A stretch of DNA of 26,363 nt, taken from a virus (lineage: Duplodnaviria > Caudoviricetes). The notes under the pieces were generated by a model that did not search any database, was not told the origin of the DNA, and saw nothing but the letters and a program-made list of their open reading frames with translations. Positions 21,701-26,363 of the stretch are shown piece after piece; within the stretch, counting starts at the first letter, position 1; every line of letters starts with the position of its first letter. A program made the translations under genes and the position numbers. The stretch lies in the IMG/VR virus record IMGVR_UViG_3300009068_002517, positions 1 to 26,363 of that record, one strand, 5' to 3'.

Positions 21701-22481
21701 TTACTACACTAACAGTATTATTACCTGGTAAATTATATTCGTCTTGTGCATTTTTAGCAGGCACAGTAAAAGTCACAACACCTGTAGTAGCACCGTTGTT
21801 AACAACTCCTAATACATCTCTGGTTTGTACATTTGGTTGAGTAATACTATAACCTGTAATACCCGGTTGACCCTGAATCCAAAACTGAGTTGGTTGATCT
21901 ACAGTAAAGGTATAAGTACCGCCGCGTAATAAAGTTAAAGTTGGGTTTCCTAATGAAGTTCCTGCAGGTTCTGTAGCAATTTCATAAGAGTTTGCGCCGT
22001 CGATCACATAATATTGTTCTGACGAATATGCAATAGCAGATGTTACTACTACTGGAGGAAGACCTTCAGGCAACCAGTAATACTGATGAAAGTTAACATT
22101 TGTATCTAAATTAGTAAATGAATCCCAAGAATAAAATTCGCTATTAAAAAGTCGGTTATTATTATTTGTTATCCCACCTTCTAATTTAAGAGCATCTAAT
22201 ATTCCAGGATAGCTTATGAAATCTTGTGCAACATCTTGATCGGTTTTTCTAAACACAACACCTGGATCAAGTTGGTAATCTGTTCTAACTTTTGTTGGTT
22301 CAGTTACATAATAATCTTTAGCATTAATTCCATATCCAACTCTAGTACCAATATATCCCTGAATTCTTTCAACAGAAGGTTGTGCAACTAGTTGGTCTAA
22401 TGTTGCTGCTAAGAATTGAGCGTTAGTTGGAGTTTGAAATATCTCTGGGAGAAAATCTAAAGTTCTTATTTTTGTGTCCAT
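3699..22481 (-). CDS. Giant (6260 aa) mosaic virion structural protein, likely a baseplate wedge/appendage scaffold
   Basis: Uninterrupted 18.8-kb ORF starting 5 nt after the gp6-like stop. Rich in T/S/G/N/V and beta-type repeats: about 12 copies of a ~75-aa N.IT..ST.GF..ND.V.F.G..FG.I.....YYV..I.S.T.FTIS domain, seven FG-GAP-like blades and one Kelch-like propeller. Position after gp25 and gp6 supports a baseplate role (inference). Confidence 0.9.
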   Translation of the reverse strand: MDTKIRTLDFLPEIFQTPTNAQFLAATLDQLVAQPSVERIQGYIGTRVGYGINAKDYYVTEPTKVRTDYQLDPGVVFRKTDQDVAQDFISYPGILDALKLEGGITNNNNRLFNSEFYSWDSFTNLDTNVNFHQYYWLPEGLPPVVVTSAIAYSSEQYYVIDGANSYEIATEPAGTSLGNPTLTLLRGGTYTFTVDQPTQFWIQGQPGITGYSITQPNVQTRDVLGVVNNGATTGVVTFTVPAKNAQDEYNLPGNNTVSVVSILPFSQVNGSYLNTLNDIDGVTSLNGLTVMFYNTGDPNEMAYGQLVSAQFFTITYIGSTSNPQLQLTPATSIPTNQKITAQYGTDYSGRQFFRNTATIITLIPYLSAELDTLYYQDGTSSDKVGMIRLIDSNTTDTINVVTEILGKTTYTSSNGVTFTNGLKVQFQGNIVPEAYTVEDFYVEGVGTAIELIPVSSLIVPESFSTSVYLPYDSTPWDIGGWSGIPYIPTDPDYITIARNALSKNAWSRSNRWFHIDVIRATAEYNNDPTILLYASQYNKAKRPIIEFYPNLRLFDSGTEGKAPLNFIDFRTTDPLLLVSGEENYYPDVQVYTDYTATIATTTYTSSRTATSTNGTTDEITCSSTSGFRVNDLVRFTISSGAVFGNIVAGEYYYVSEVVSSTKFTISETKGGGVFDLSTGTGTMQFYWTPQSTVITIDGADVTGTFKVGQYITDSTNLLPPETQISSVSGTTTLTLEVVWDTISYSFFTGTTTASLIAVPDPVNNYSLFNGARVVFAAATDPAVRTKIYIARYSVISGTTPVLTLSEAPNGEILVGDQAVVINGYNYAGKSVWYDGLEWLQAQQKNTVNQPPLFDVFDENGISFGDKAVYVGSSFIGSKLFAYGIGTGTKDQVLGFPIRYSTVANIGDISFDVSINTDTFDYVSNFQPITQNVNTGYVYNYETRSLYNRELGWQTAVSPSIQYQVFEFDYNITDPQVFFTCDVAVNNTSATNWPVIKVLINNVLLPSTDYEYTVNNNSTVVHILVDILVDTVVQILLFSNQVSTTAYYSIPINLSNNPLNANLEIANVGDIKNQYQTIFYNNPNTTGQVFGSNNYRDLGNLVPWGDRIIQNSASLVLPGAFLRKPNQNIFNALMFNSREYIKFKTLLVDTVNNTDYTQRFNPSTILDDALTQINQVKIQSQPFFWSDMIPSKSPYIINSYTYTTPSIAPTYPLSQVYNFSTANYSGVLVYLSTTISNVTITKQLVTNQDYIISTTTPSLTIISSLQNGAVITIKEYNQTYGSYIPNTPTKLGLYPAFIPEVVLDSDYAQPTYFIKGHDGSYNKLYGTYNTNLGVLVDFRDQALLEFELRVYNNLKLSTSVPISQYDIIPGFFRETAFTNGEILEIYSKMFLNWVGQNRIDYKKQLYNKNDQFTFNYYQSGNKINQEPIYQGYWRGVYQWYYDTTTPNLTPWQMLGFQEQPSWWETRYGPAPYTSNNLILWNDLAAGIDWNDGNPVVLEQFVRPQLLQVIPVNSAGELLSPFDAIVGNYTASTFQHDWKVGDEGPAELSYRRSSSWPFDLMRIYALTEPTQFFNLCADLDNYKFNTEFNQYLVNNRSHLVPANIQVYGTGTPKTSYMNWVVDYEKQLGVDATQNIIDLLNNLDVRLVYRVAGFTDKNLINFYIEKATPNSTNASLLIPDASYQVLLYDNQPFDRIIYSSVIVQITSEGYLVFGNSQTQAYFTTLKPKFTGINEVVNVETLTVKLATDYYDEEVIVPYGTLFYTVQEVAQFLTSYGAYLRAHGMVFDEIQSGIEVSWNQMVSEFLYWVQLGWENGSLETINPAAGYLKINRDGYIVQPLTIRQENFILNQNLYPIQATDLTVLRDGTLFLARPVNNGDSLAYGQFNIGNLEDGIVFNNVTLFDDVIYDLVTGSRQLRIYVRGSKTAAWDGTLTASGFILNQDNILQWNKDITYTKGSIVLYKNKYWVALRIVQPSATFNEQNWRKTEYDQIQKGLLPNSSTRSYESTLYYDSNKANIEEDADLLSFSLIGYRPRDYLTTVDLTEITQINVYKNLIKNKGTLNAASAFKGATLPQGGIDYDIYENWAIKAGEFGGVLNTNFVEFKISESLMTGNPSIVALTNGAPTVGAEQEIPLYSLFNYGRSINDPDILAVTPINQPSTLYPDAGYVNYNDVRMSSYFYANLPTAVNQNGTVIPLSDFYVREYVWLASYLGTWQVYTPASIGPITQALNNLNGTVTITFANQHNLSQYNIFAIINLNAAINGYYIATQIVDPFRVIINLNLDPNIRLATGLGVGLSFQTQRVATPADINNLNLLNAEFIKNTVWVDTYSTGDWAVLRKSINYQYEQEFNKLNSSTYGSAVATGTKLGYLVGDSGVGEVYRYTYNEVLQTYQLVQTITGNRSFGTTISHAGDLYVISEPTTNYSFSVDPTYWAWDISAEGGTHSFTVTPSTWTWNTSVASGPITTPTLTPTLTSTLTSTLTSTTNSTPAVYLYILENNVLSDDLILYQNPITGPANTTSWGAATAISGDKNWLYISDYDNNSVYVYRRNNFSTPAGFFIVGKTYTITDLGTTDFTLVGATNNIVGLSFIATGVGSGTGSATNTTYRYITVIDGNELSLTTVGDNFGYSISTDYYGQTVTIGAPNQTVNSITNAGAAYLFSRSVQNVEVQVNTTPGLPQVFRLGWNHVTARTAVFQTSSSNNTITCAASTRRFNVNDPVIFYGTVYPNSNISFNQIYYIHSIVNDTTFRIKVSKEQLNPYQLTNSNGNGMIASVQTVPIYVSLNGTIVADNQYGIAGSSLYYVGTLTAGDIINISGNKFTYFQQLTNPNNYTIGSQFGLASANNLQSTEILVSAPFQINNQVEEGGIFRYTNGGTSYGQIFGTAICNVTATIPILLNGYLVLIPEGNATVAANAINSNKVTNITATTSGSNNEYLVISLINQDLAIPNASLSLTVFDINTLTELGITVYTKTQTVSCPHLGERNQFGTTIKFNEQNSFVASAPVGSRYSSTTFDFTDDENFTNDTVFDNNATQWVDIFVNAGAVYMFDYLSVYNENINNTGDYVLAQNANARNIDYGKQPYYGTALDFNNYSVIVGAPLFRPDYVNGQVVTFLNTSGEKDWSLYRSSSPIVDINRIQNSQLFSALTNETLINLDYIDPLQGKLLGAVSENIDYVSNVDPANYNNQNNLKWGVTNVGQLWFDTSNVRFVNYHQNDLVYNSQYWGTVFPGSDVAVYSWISSIDLPINYQGPGTPYDVTLYCTQFDLNANNVLAPVYFYWVRNTNIIFTKLGNTLSDSIIETYIRSPKNSGISYFAPLLPNTFGLYNSGDYINVNDSVFHIGYSTGTNDDVGHTSYDLIRADYADDFLSGLPRYGANVEPQYLYRRFLASMSGVDDSGQVVPDPFLPIAVRSGVQVRPRQSFFLFRLLAVKNYLTYANEILAQFPIIELSPQATFLYKSGPFYNTADYWEYVNWWATGYDNNTKASVQVPLYSDLSTLSVAFGTIAEVTTNGNGNSETYIYTVDGVWVRIGLTNGTIAFKSSLWDYAGANTGFGGNYFDTTPYDQYPSTETYYILRALNEQIYIDDFAIYRNKSLILIFEYIVAETSETQNYLPWLNKTSLVDVTHTLRELKPYEVFSSDNQDFLYGYLNEVKPYHVVFKEFLFKYTKTEPYLMNVTDFDLPAQYVASDAQFISPELVYSNPSSDSQFLPENPIWNQQEYTQWYQNYGLSITGHPDFNIATLESYISINTTEIAVSNINGFPVAGTVKIGTELISYETVNRETYTLGGLSRGLNGTPINNHLPGELIYTDLPPVLVVYGSHSYTEPPRVTAYIDTSIYPAPRVPAVFAAVMNVDSVLEIEVINPGSGYAVLPTIVVDPAETYTFGSGSVNVILNTITFEAPNLVTGDQVQYEVGVATTAIGPLVDGEWYYVNVLSSTPVTTIALYTSYDDAINDNFRINFNSTGTGSSQSLNLGARAFAITNSTPVRENIITMRFDRTSYEPQVVEWLPEQFYGASYAGNYNQISSSAIQLESTSPPIGSVLASGQGIGLEIDQVENQVIYSWSGFPRRVTNTYSGSNTIRLNPYDGGVGEPTASGSTIGFYVGMPIKIDGASIGGIITDVTYYVQSIVSDVLFTISQTESGSVYPLTTATAAADTVTLYTAQVINQAILTVNYPGILEVTSIEDSNIITVPLNPTGTGGTNGFYVNMPIFFTGDVFGNIIANEVYYVHTICSSQTFTISTQTDPVVYTLANTVATGNLVTLTNQTMDLAVNDTIIFTNFVFTSGNFIVGQTYTIVSLGTTDYTLIGAPFNAIGITFTATGVGTGTGTASSTVFGNIVSGQLYYVAGVSGANSFSVKEQINSSVFTLINSQGTGLVTAQADAVDLAVSTGTMTVNCNLPISPGQITGQQFSMYTTSGQYPNISGSVSNLITRTLPATLAGSNRIPMTYTSGGATNIYVNMPLKFARAIGGLSAGPTVYYVKEVGTTTFPVTNTNAPSTVGVVTGSIAGYVLTVTSVTSGLIVNGATITGTGVVAGTTIISQLSGLPNSTGTYQVSSSQTVSSTSITATISYLTIPSTYSTNVLYPGMPVVFDALSIGGVDLNTEYFVLSIISATRFSISLAPGGEAVIMSTGTGNYMRCTGQDYITVSATQGGSVIPLIGSTTSSNSFTFTQYPILSPVFDVSWILGGYNVVITNPGLGYAVSNTITIPGTLIGGTTNNNLTITVNKLQEYAPNQSYGAVADVITAGVVPTQATKYFLKAVAPNQLAVYSNSQLTVPVSGINFPYYGTTQTTVTGTIGTSVFSVDPTTWTWNVLAQGGTYSFTAAPSSWTWNISAPSGSGKAIFGFGVAGSITNVTNLVNEAGVVAIDTLSVGTARYGLAAAGYGGDKAIFGFGLTSSAVSITNLVSNTGVVAADQTALTGTPRYYLAAAGYGTDKAIFGFGATDIAAISITNLVSNTGVVAVDQTALTGTARRNLAAAGYGTDKAIFGFGFTGTIGGVVSTTNLVNNLGVVAADQTALTGTARVGLAAAGYGGDKAIFGFGLTSTAVSITNLVSNTGVVATDTIGVGTPRYYLAAAGYGGDKAIFGFGQDGSPINITNLVSNTGVVAADQTALTGTARVNLAAAGYGGVITPPTTTTTTAAPTTTTTTAAPNPSNIIVVTSTTGFNLNDPVVFTGNVGGGLILGKVYYILTVTPNLTVSLKPGDPSTIVTVSTAPFLNFTMAKLGDFAFLPEPIPFNQSIVKFNNQVYACVVSNNDAEFVLGKWALLNSDDRRLNALDRIIGYYAPTVNMPGAITKLGQTLSYDIITYDSYPYNEFMSLNIDLSQLLTGTTYPNSTYLGNNFNPDLDFVLDTELSSPSFTSTESTVYDVEGTPFTYGYAPEELVAGLVTDNLTFVASTRPGVDWPVTEYQNNGFNVLSVEIPQSSPTQTVYSFANLVQVPAQLKVFAINPTTMVSVSKYVVQDYTVNWVNSTVTLNSPLSSGNILRIDIYETGNGYQLDRSNTVFTPLRDNDVTGLQEIYLDSKYAGTINDGNGLVVPYTQSQMVEVIATESDVNLIYCADVAQFILNNPIMFQGNVFGNIQANTTYYVKTINLATLSITVSLYYDIINGVAGPEFVVSTATGSMEAVINVGSDELYTPPLVMVNGNELTLGAYGQVTQLNGDPILAGNFIVGKTYIIVSVGTTNFVASGAASNLVGIPFVATNAGSGTGTVAKYTITCNNTGTLNINDTILFSNEIFGSVIQPLTTYYVKTIWDANEFTIAATLGGAAIVLTSATGLATFVTNEYTVGRVDDSNLAKLVFANQYDTATDYISYTVLGETAPTQYGYSIPETQLLTGTGSASTFSLTNYVGEDNVTNAIVEINGIRQTSSSYTINPSTNQIIFTSSPTGGSTIAVTTYNLTDNQYLHTQYGITNTSTNVVTAISNINRNITNSIFTTSSATQAGTNYITCLSTTGFAIGATVFFTGTGSYGNLSVSGVVYFVDAIISPTQFTIKDQFGTIISLTTASSFSLGTYVGGQPAVRVTTSTNHGFANNNIIRIADTLGSVGLNNELFYARVISNTVFDLYTNPYNFSVGATNYPVTATQAYISGGYTWINGTFILTTTLASATSASTNIITVASTSDLIVDTPVLFRQAGIPIGDISNGGMVIGAIYYVKQIVSPTEFTVSASLGGDVFGLTTSAVTINVTEFQQIDVDRLWVTVDGYRIASSSLYLNPGNELSILTTVAANQEVIITNMIPNSTPNKLKYLLNVNQVNYGSVYRGTTQS
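5361..5501 (-). repeat. 47-aa module copy 1 (AGNFIVGKTYIIVSVGTTNF...GSGTGTVA)
   Basis: Same length (141 nt) and motif as 9513..9653 and 14688..14828. Confidence 0.85.
7047..7110 (-). repeat. Short Thr-rich linker (PPTTTTTTAAPTTTTTTAAP) after the internal propeller
   Basis: Two 27-nt units of the same stalk family found in the downstream genes. Confidence 0.85.
7113..7982 (-). repeat. Six Kelch-like repeats inserted inside the giant protein
   Basis: Six KAIFGFG blades spaced about 140-155 nt. The 44-nt block ccaaatccaaatatagctttatcaccgccatatcctgctgctgc is identical at 7237, 7378 and 7822, and at 2459 in the 608-aa gene. Confidence 0.93.
7989..8099 (-). repeat. Trp-rich 37-aa motif copy A (FSVDPTTWTWNVLAQGGTYSFTAAPSSWTWNISAPSG)
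   Basis: 92/111 nt identical (hand count) to 15108..15218; internally a 2 x ~20-aa tandem. Confidence 0.9.
9513..9653 (-). repeat. 47-aa module copy 2 (SGNFIVGQTYTIVSLGTTDY...GTGTGTAS)
   Basis: Motif match to 5361..5501 and 14688..14828. Confidence 0.85.
14688..14828 (-). repeat. 47-aa module copy 3 (AGFFIVGKTYTITDLGTTDF...GSGTGSAT)
   Basis: Motif match to 5361..5501 and 9513..9653. Confidence 0.85.
15043..15098 (-). repeat. 12-nt coding tandem repeat (TPTL/TSTL), about 4.5 copies
   Basis: gtagatgttaaagtagaggttaaagtagaggttaaagtaggtgttaaagtaggcgt encodes TPTLTPTLTSTLTSTLTST. Confidence 0.9.
15108..15218 (-). repeat. Trp-rich 37-aa motif copy B (FSVDPTYWAWDISAEGGTHSFTVTPSTWTWNTSVASG)
   Basis: 92/111 nt identical (hand count) to 7989..8099. 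Confidence 0.9.
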
Positions 22482-22486
22482 AATTA

Positions 22487-25400
22487 TTATCTTGTCTGTA
22501 ATTGGACTTGCGTCAGGGCTGGTATTACTAGTACATCATTTGATGTTGCTGCGTTGACAAAAATTTGATAAGGGGCACATTTTATCTCATACAAATTTCC
22601 AAATGTCAACGTAGGGTCATTAGGAACTAAGACGGCTGAACTAATAAGGGCACCTATTTCAGAATGTAAGTAGGCACTTAACTCTGAAAAATAGAAAGTA
22701 TCGCCGAAATTCCAATTATTTATATTAAAATAATTATTCATTGTGGTTAACACTGCGCTACGAATTTCACTGTCACTAGCATTAGTATTAGAAGTTTTAA
22801 TTACTTTAATAGTTGCCCTTAACTGTGCTGGTGCTTTTGGTCCAAACAAGGGTTGAAAAATAACACTGTTTAAAATAACAGAATCACTAATCATCTTATA
22901 ATCATTTACTTGACCATATGCTTGACTTAACTCATTGATAGTTGGTCTATCAGGCTCAGGTATAGTATTAGTAGTGTCTACTATATAATTAGTATATGCT
23001 GTATAGTAAGCTTGAGTTACAACATATAAGTCTATAATATTTGTGGTAGCTGGATCAATTCTAGTTGTATTATTAGAATTGTGTCTATATTGGAATTGTA
23101 ATCCTTGACGACCCGGCTTCATTGAATACTGAGGTTGTGCTACTAAAGTATAGTACGGGGTAGTTACTGTAGTACTCTGAACAGTAGTATAAAATAGATT
23201 ATCTGTATAAGCGTAAAATATTTGACCTAATGGATAATCATACTTAATAACTTCAATTGAATTCATCGTAGGATATTGATAAACAACATCTGTTGTAGTA
23301 ATAAGTTGATATCTAGCTAAATTTATTGGATCTTGAACAAGTTCAAAGAAAGCGTATATACCAAAATTCTGAGCACCTGTTACATAACCTGTTACTGTAT
23401 TAAAGAAATCAGGATCAGTAATAATAAGTCTGTTATTAACATCAGTTGCAGATACCTGAACTTCATAATCATCTATATATCCATCAGCTAACACTGTTTG
23501 ACCCACAATATTTACTTGAACATTTGAAGCTAACGGATAATTTGAATTAGGTTGTGTATTAGTAGCTAAAACATTTATAAAATCTTGTAGAATTTTACCA
23601 GTAAATGGGTCATAAACTAGTTTATCTCTTTCAAAAGAAAATCTGGTATCATATACACTACCAAAATAATATATTAAAGATTTATAAGATACTGAGTATC
23701 TATTATTACCTAAACTTAAAAAATTGATAAAGTAGCTAGGATCATTATAATCAGCAATAGACCATCTGTCTTCAACAATAGTCAACCCATTATTAAACAC
23801 TAGAGAAAAGCTTTGCTGTAATTCTATTCTGATAATACATTCTTGAATAATTTCATTACTAAATGTATTACTAAAAGCTGGAATCACTTGAGTTAAAATG
23901 GCGCCTGTTGGGACATAACCATTTAATGCGACAGGGCCTGTTCCGTTTGAGAAAGATCCATCACCTTGATTAAATCCATCTCCAATTACATTTAAAACAC
24001 TAGTCCAAAAATAAGTTGCATTAGACGGGCCAGCAATGCCCGATACCAATCTATTATTTGAATCAAAGTAATAACCTGATGGTGCAACAAATTTAACTAG
24101 AGCACCGGGTGTTATATACTTTACATTGTATCCTGAAAAAGATCCAACTGGAATAGGTGCATTAGTACTATTAATAATATTATAATAATAACCAGTTAAA
24201 GAATTAGCATCAACTGTACTAGTTTGCCAATATACTGTGCCATCGCCAGTAGATGTATTTACATTGTATCTAGTATAATTTTGTAGATAATATTGAGTTG
24301 TTTTATTTAATAATAATTCAGATGCCAAAGTGTCCGTTAAAAAAGTAATGATGTTACTAGTATCATTCACAGTAAGAATCAAATTACCATCTGCATCATC
24401 TAAATATAATCCACCATCACTAGCGAAAGAATTTAAACTACTGTATTTTCCTGTTGGATCTAATAAATCTAAATTTTTAGAAACACCAATTGAACTTCTA
24501 TTAATCGCTTTACTTTTAATTATAGAACTGTATAGGGTATAAGGAAAATTATTATAATCTTCCCCGTTTACCATACGATTCTGTGTATAGTAGCGAGTAG
24601 GAGCACGTAGTTTGATTTGTGGTAAAGTCTCTCTAGACTGAGCATTAGAAACAGGAGTTGGTAATTGTAAACCAATGGTTAGAGTTTCAATTCTGTTCAA
24701 TCTACTTAAATAAGAAAATGCAACAGTTATACCCTGCATTTCTGAAGGATCAATGGTATATGTCAATCCATTAGAAGAACGAACATATGCTCTGAAATTA
24801 CCAACTGGTATGGCTGAGAATATTCCATCACCAAAATTGTAGTTAACTACGTCATTAAAACCTGATCCTACCGAAAAGATTCTTTTCTCACTAGAAGCTG
24901 TTTGTAGGTATGCATTAGCATATACATTTTCAACTTTAACCCATGGACTTAGTCCGCCATTAGCTGCACTTATTTGATATAACCAAGTATCTGTATTATT
25001 AACACCTTGAATGTCAATGTTGACTACTTGATTTGAAATTTGTTGCTGTAGTGTAAAATCGTAATTTTGTAAAATACCTTGTTTAAAATAGAAAAAATAA
25101 CCTGTATTTGGACTACCATATCCCAATTTATCGTTTCTATATAACATGTTGAATCTACCTGTTGGAGCAGGTGGAATTTCATACAAATAATCTTCATCTA
25201 AACTTGTTACACTAACAAGTTCAAAATTCATAGTTAAACCATTTACTGTAGAAGAAAATGGTGCTATTGGTAAAGTTCCTTGAGGAATATTTATAGCATA
25301 TTCGCTAGTAGTAATACCTAATAAGTCTGCGGTATTACCCGGACGGCCAACTTTTTGCGTGTTAATTAGGGTAGAATTGACAATTGTATTGTACTGCTCT

Positions 25401-25858
25401 AACCAATTTGGGTTAGCTGGGTCATTCCAAAGTATAGTTAAATTACCTAAGTTAACACCATTCAAATCAGTGATATTTTCAGTAGTGTTAATACTTGTTA
25501 TCTTTAAAAACCCTTGTGCAGCTAGATTTCTTTTAGGTGTATAGCTTACTAAGTTAGCAAGCTTGACTACTGAATCTCTGCGTTCAGCAGTATCAATGAA
25601 ATTTTCTCTAGTATTTAAATCATTTCGGAAAGCCAGACCTTGGCCCATAAAAGCCATAACGTCTAGTAATGCTATAAATTCACTGCTTTCTATATAATCA
25701 TTAAATGTCTCAGGATAATAGGTACGTAGGTAATCTACAAAACTCTTGCGTAGTGTTTCATAATCATAAGACCGAAAATCTGCTTCTCTAAAGGTTTGGT
25801 ATATAGATTTCCAATCATTAACACCAAATAAGGCCGATTGTCTGCTGCTGGTTGCCAT
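22487..25858 (-). CDS. gp6: Baseplate wedge subunit, T4 gp6-like (extended form)
   Basis: N-terminal DYETLRKSFVDYLR..YPETFNDY..SSEFIALLD.MA.....LAFRND....ENF.DTA.RRDSV..LA....Y.P and internal E....IK.RAP..Y.TQNR.V..EDY motifs match the gp6/baseplate-J family as I recognise it. Adjacent to a gp25-like gene. Confidence 0.85.
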   Translation of the reverse strand: MATSSRQSALFGVNDWKSIYQTFREADFRSYDYETLRKSFVDYLRTYYPETFNDYIESSEFIALLDVMAFMGQGLAFRNDLNTRENFIDTAERRDSVVKLANLVSYTPKRNLAAQGFLKITSINTTENITDLNGVNLGNLTILWNDPANPNWLEQYNTIVNSTLINTQKVGRPGNTADLLGITTSEYAINIPQGTLPIAPFSSTVNGLTMNFELVSVTSLDEDYLYEIPPAPTGRFNMLYRNDKLGYGSPNTGYFFYFKQGILQNYDFTLQQQISNQVVNIDIQGVNNTDTWLYQISAANGGLSPWVKVENVYANAYLQTASSEKRIFSVGSGFNDVVNYNFGDGIFSAIPVGNFRAYVRSSNGLTYTIDPSEMQGITVAFSYLSRLNRIETLTIGLQLPTPVSNAQSRETLPQIKLRAPTRYYTQNRMVNGEDYNNFPYTLYSSIIKSKAINRSSIGVSKNLDLLDPTGKYSSLNSFASDGGLYLDDADGNLILTVNDTSNIITFLTDTLASELLLNKTTQYYLQNYTRYNVNTSTGDGTVYWQTSTVDANSLTGYYYNIINSTNAPIPVGSFSGYNVKYITPGALVKFVAPSGYYFDSNNRLVSGIAGPSNATYFWTSVLNVIGDGFNQGDGSFSNGTGPVALNGYVPTGAILTQVIPAFSNTFSNEIIQECIIRIELQQSFSLVFNNGLTIVEDRWSIADYNDPSYFINFLSLGNNRYSVSYKSLIYYFGSVYDTRFSFERDKLVYDPFTGKILQDFINVLATNTQPNSNYPLASNVQVNIVGQTVLADGYIDDYEVQVSATDVNNRLIITDPDFFNTVTGYVTGAQNFGIYAFFELVQDPINLARYQLITTTDVVYQYPTMNSIEVIKYDYPLGQIFYAYTDNLFYTTVQSTTVTTPYYTLVAQPQYSMKPGRQGLQFQYRHNSNNTTRIDPATTNIIDLYVVTQAYYTAYTNYIVDTTNTIPEPDRPTINELSQAYGQVNDYKMISDSVILNSVIFQPLFGPKAPAQLRATIKVIKTSNTNASDSEIRSAVLTTMNNYFNINNWNFGDTFYFSELSAYLHSEIGALISSAVLVPNDPTLTFGNLYEIKCAPYQIFVNAATSNDVLVIPALTQVQLQTR

Positions 25859-25874
25859 ACGTTTTCTCTTTTAA

Positions 25875-25883
25875 GTATTTATC
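25875..25883 (-). promoter_or_regulatory. T4-like late promoter variant GATAAATAC upstream of the gp6-like gene
   Basis: Plus strand gtatttatc, about 17 nt upstream of the ATG at 25858. Shares the 13-mer agtatttatcaaa with 662..674. Confidence 0.65.
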
Positions 25884-25912
25884 AAACCTGTAAACCATGG
25901 TTTTTAAGTAAA

Positions 25913-26362
25913 TTACTGAATAGTCGCTCTACTAGTATTAGAGTCAAAAAATACACTCAATACCAATGGATTATTAAAAGGGGCAATAGCTATTTCTAGT
26001 TCTATTAAAATACCAAGCTCTTGTGGGAAAGCAGCTACCGTATTTAAAATTAGTCTAGGATCTAGACTAGCAACTCTTCTGATTTCATTTTCTAGTTGAA
26101 ACTGAACATCAGCCGTATTTGGCTCAAATACAAAAGACCAAATAGTCGTGCCATATGCAGGTTGACCTACTTTTTGTCCTTGTGTTATATTTAATGCATT
26201 GATAAAATCTTGAATTACAAGAGGAACGTCTACTAGAGTATATTTTTTACCTGTGTTAACAGGTCTGACAATTCCACCTACACCCCCATCAGTACCATTG
26301 ACGGCATTAGTGGTTTTTGGTTGATTTGCTCCAATTGTACTGAATCCAATGTATGATGGCAT
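25913..26362 (-). CDS. gp25: Baseplate wedge subunit, gp25/GPW family
   Basis: 149 aa with the motif D..LVIQDFINALNITQGQKVGQPAYGTTIWSFVFEP...ENEIRRVASLDPRL, matching the GPW_gp25 pattern (l.t..Ge....P.fG..l...lFEp.......I.......ePR). Start codon lies at the window edge. Confidence 0.85.
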   Translation of the reverse strand: MPSYIGFSTIGANQPKTTNAVNGTDGGVGGIVRPVNTGKKYTLVDVPLVIQDFINALNITQGQKVGQPAYGTTIWSFVFEPNTADVQFQLENEIRRVASLDPRLILNTVAAFPQELGILIELEIAIAPFNNPLVLSVFFDSNTSRATIQ

Positions 26363-26363
26363 A

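Noticed and set aside
7777-25544. Small ORFs 7777..8148, 8599..8793, 11213..11479, 24330..24542, 25359..25544
   Set aside because: Fully nested in long genes, antisense or off-frame, short and without recognisable motifs.

Overview
AT-rich, densely coding DNA with every credible gene on the minus strand. It reads as the late structural (baseplate/tail-appendage) region of a large contractile-tailed phage. In transcription order: a gp25-family baseplate wedge gene (149 aa), a gp6-family baseplate wedge gene (1123 aa), a giant 6260-aa mosaic structural protein, a 608-aa protein overlapping it by ATGA, and two tandem paralogues (349 aa, and one truncated at the window edge that the ORF track missed) built as Ig-like domain + Thr-rich stalk. 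T4-type late promoter motifs ((T/G)ATAAATAC) lie upstream of three genes. The most notable pattern is an apparent modular surface-display toolkit: (i) two six-bladed Kelch-like propellers in two different genes that share identical 44-nt scaffold blocks but have variable loops; (ii) mucin-like TTTTTTAAP stalks, with a 59/60-identical block between otherwise diverged paralogues; (iii) a Trp-rich motif heading three separate cassettes; (iv) nested domain insertions at one equivalent loop of a repeated domain; (v) a 26-nt segment that appears to split the giant gene in two, with a Ser-stop...Ser layout reminiscent of translational bypassing. Family and fold assignments come from motif recognition only; no searches were run.
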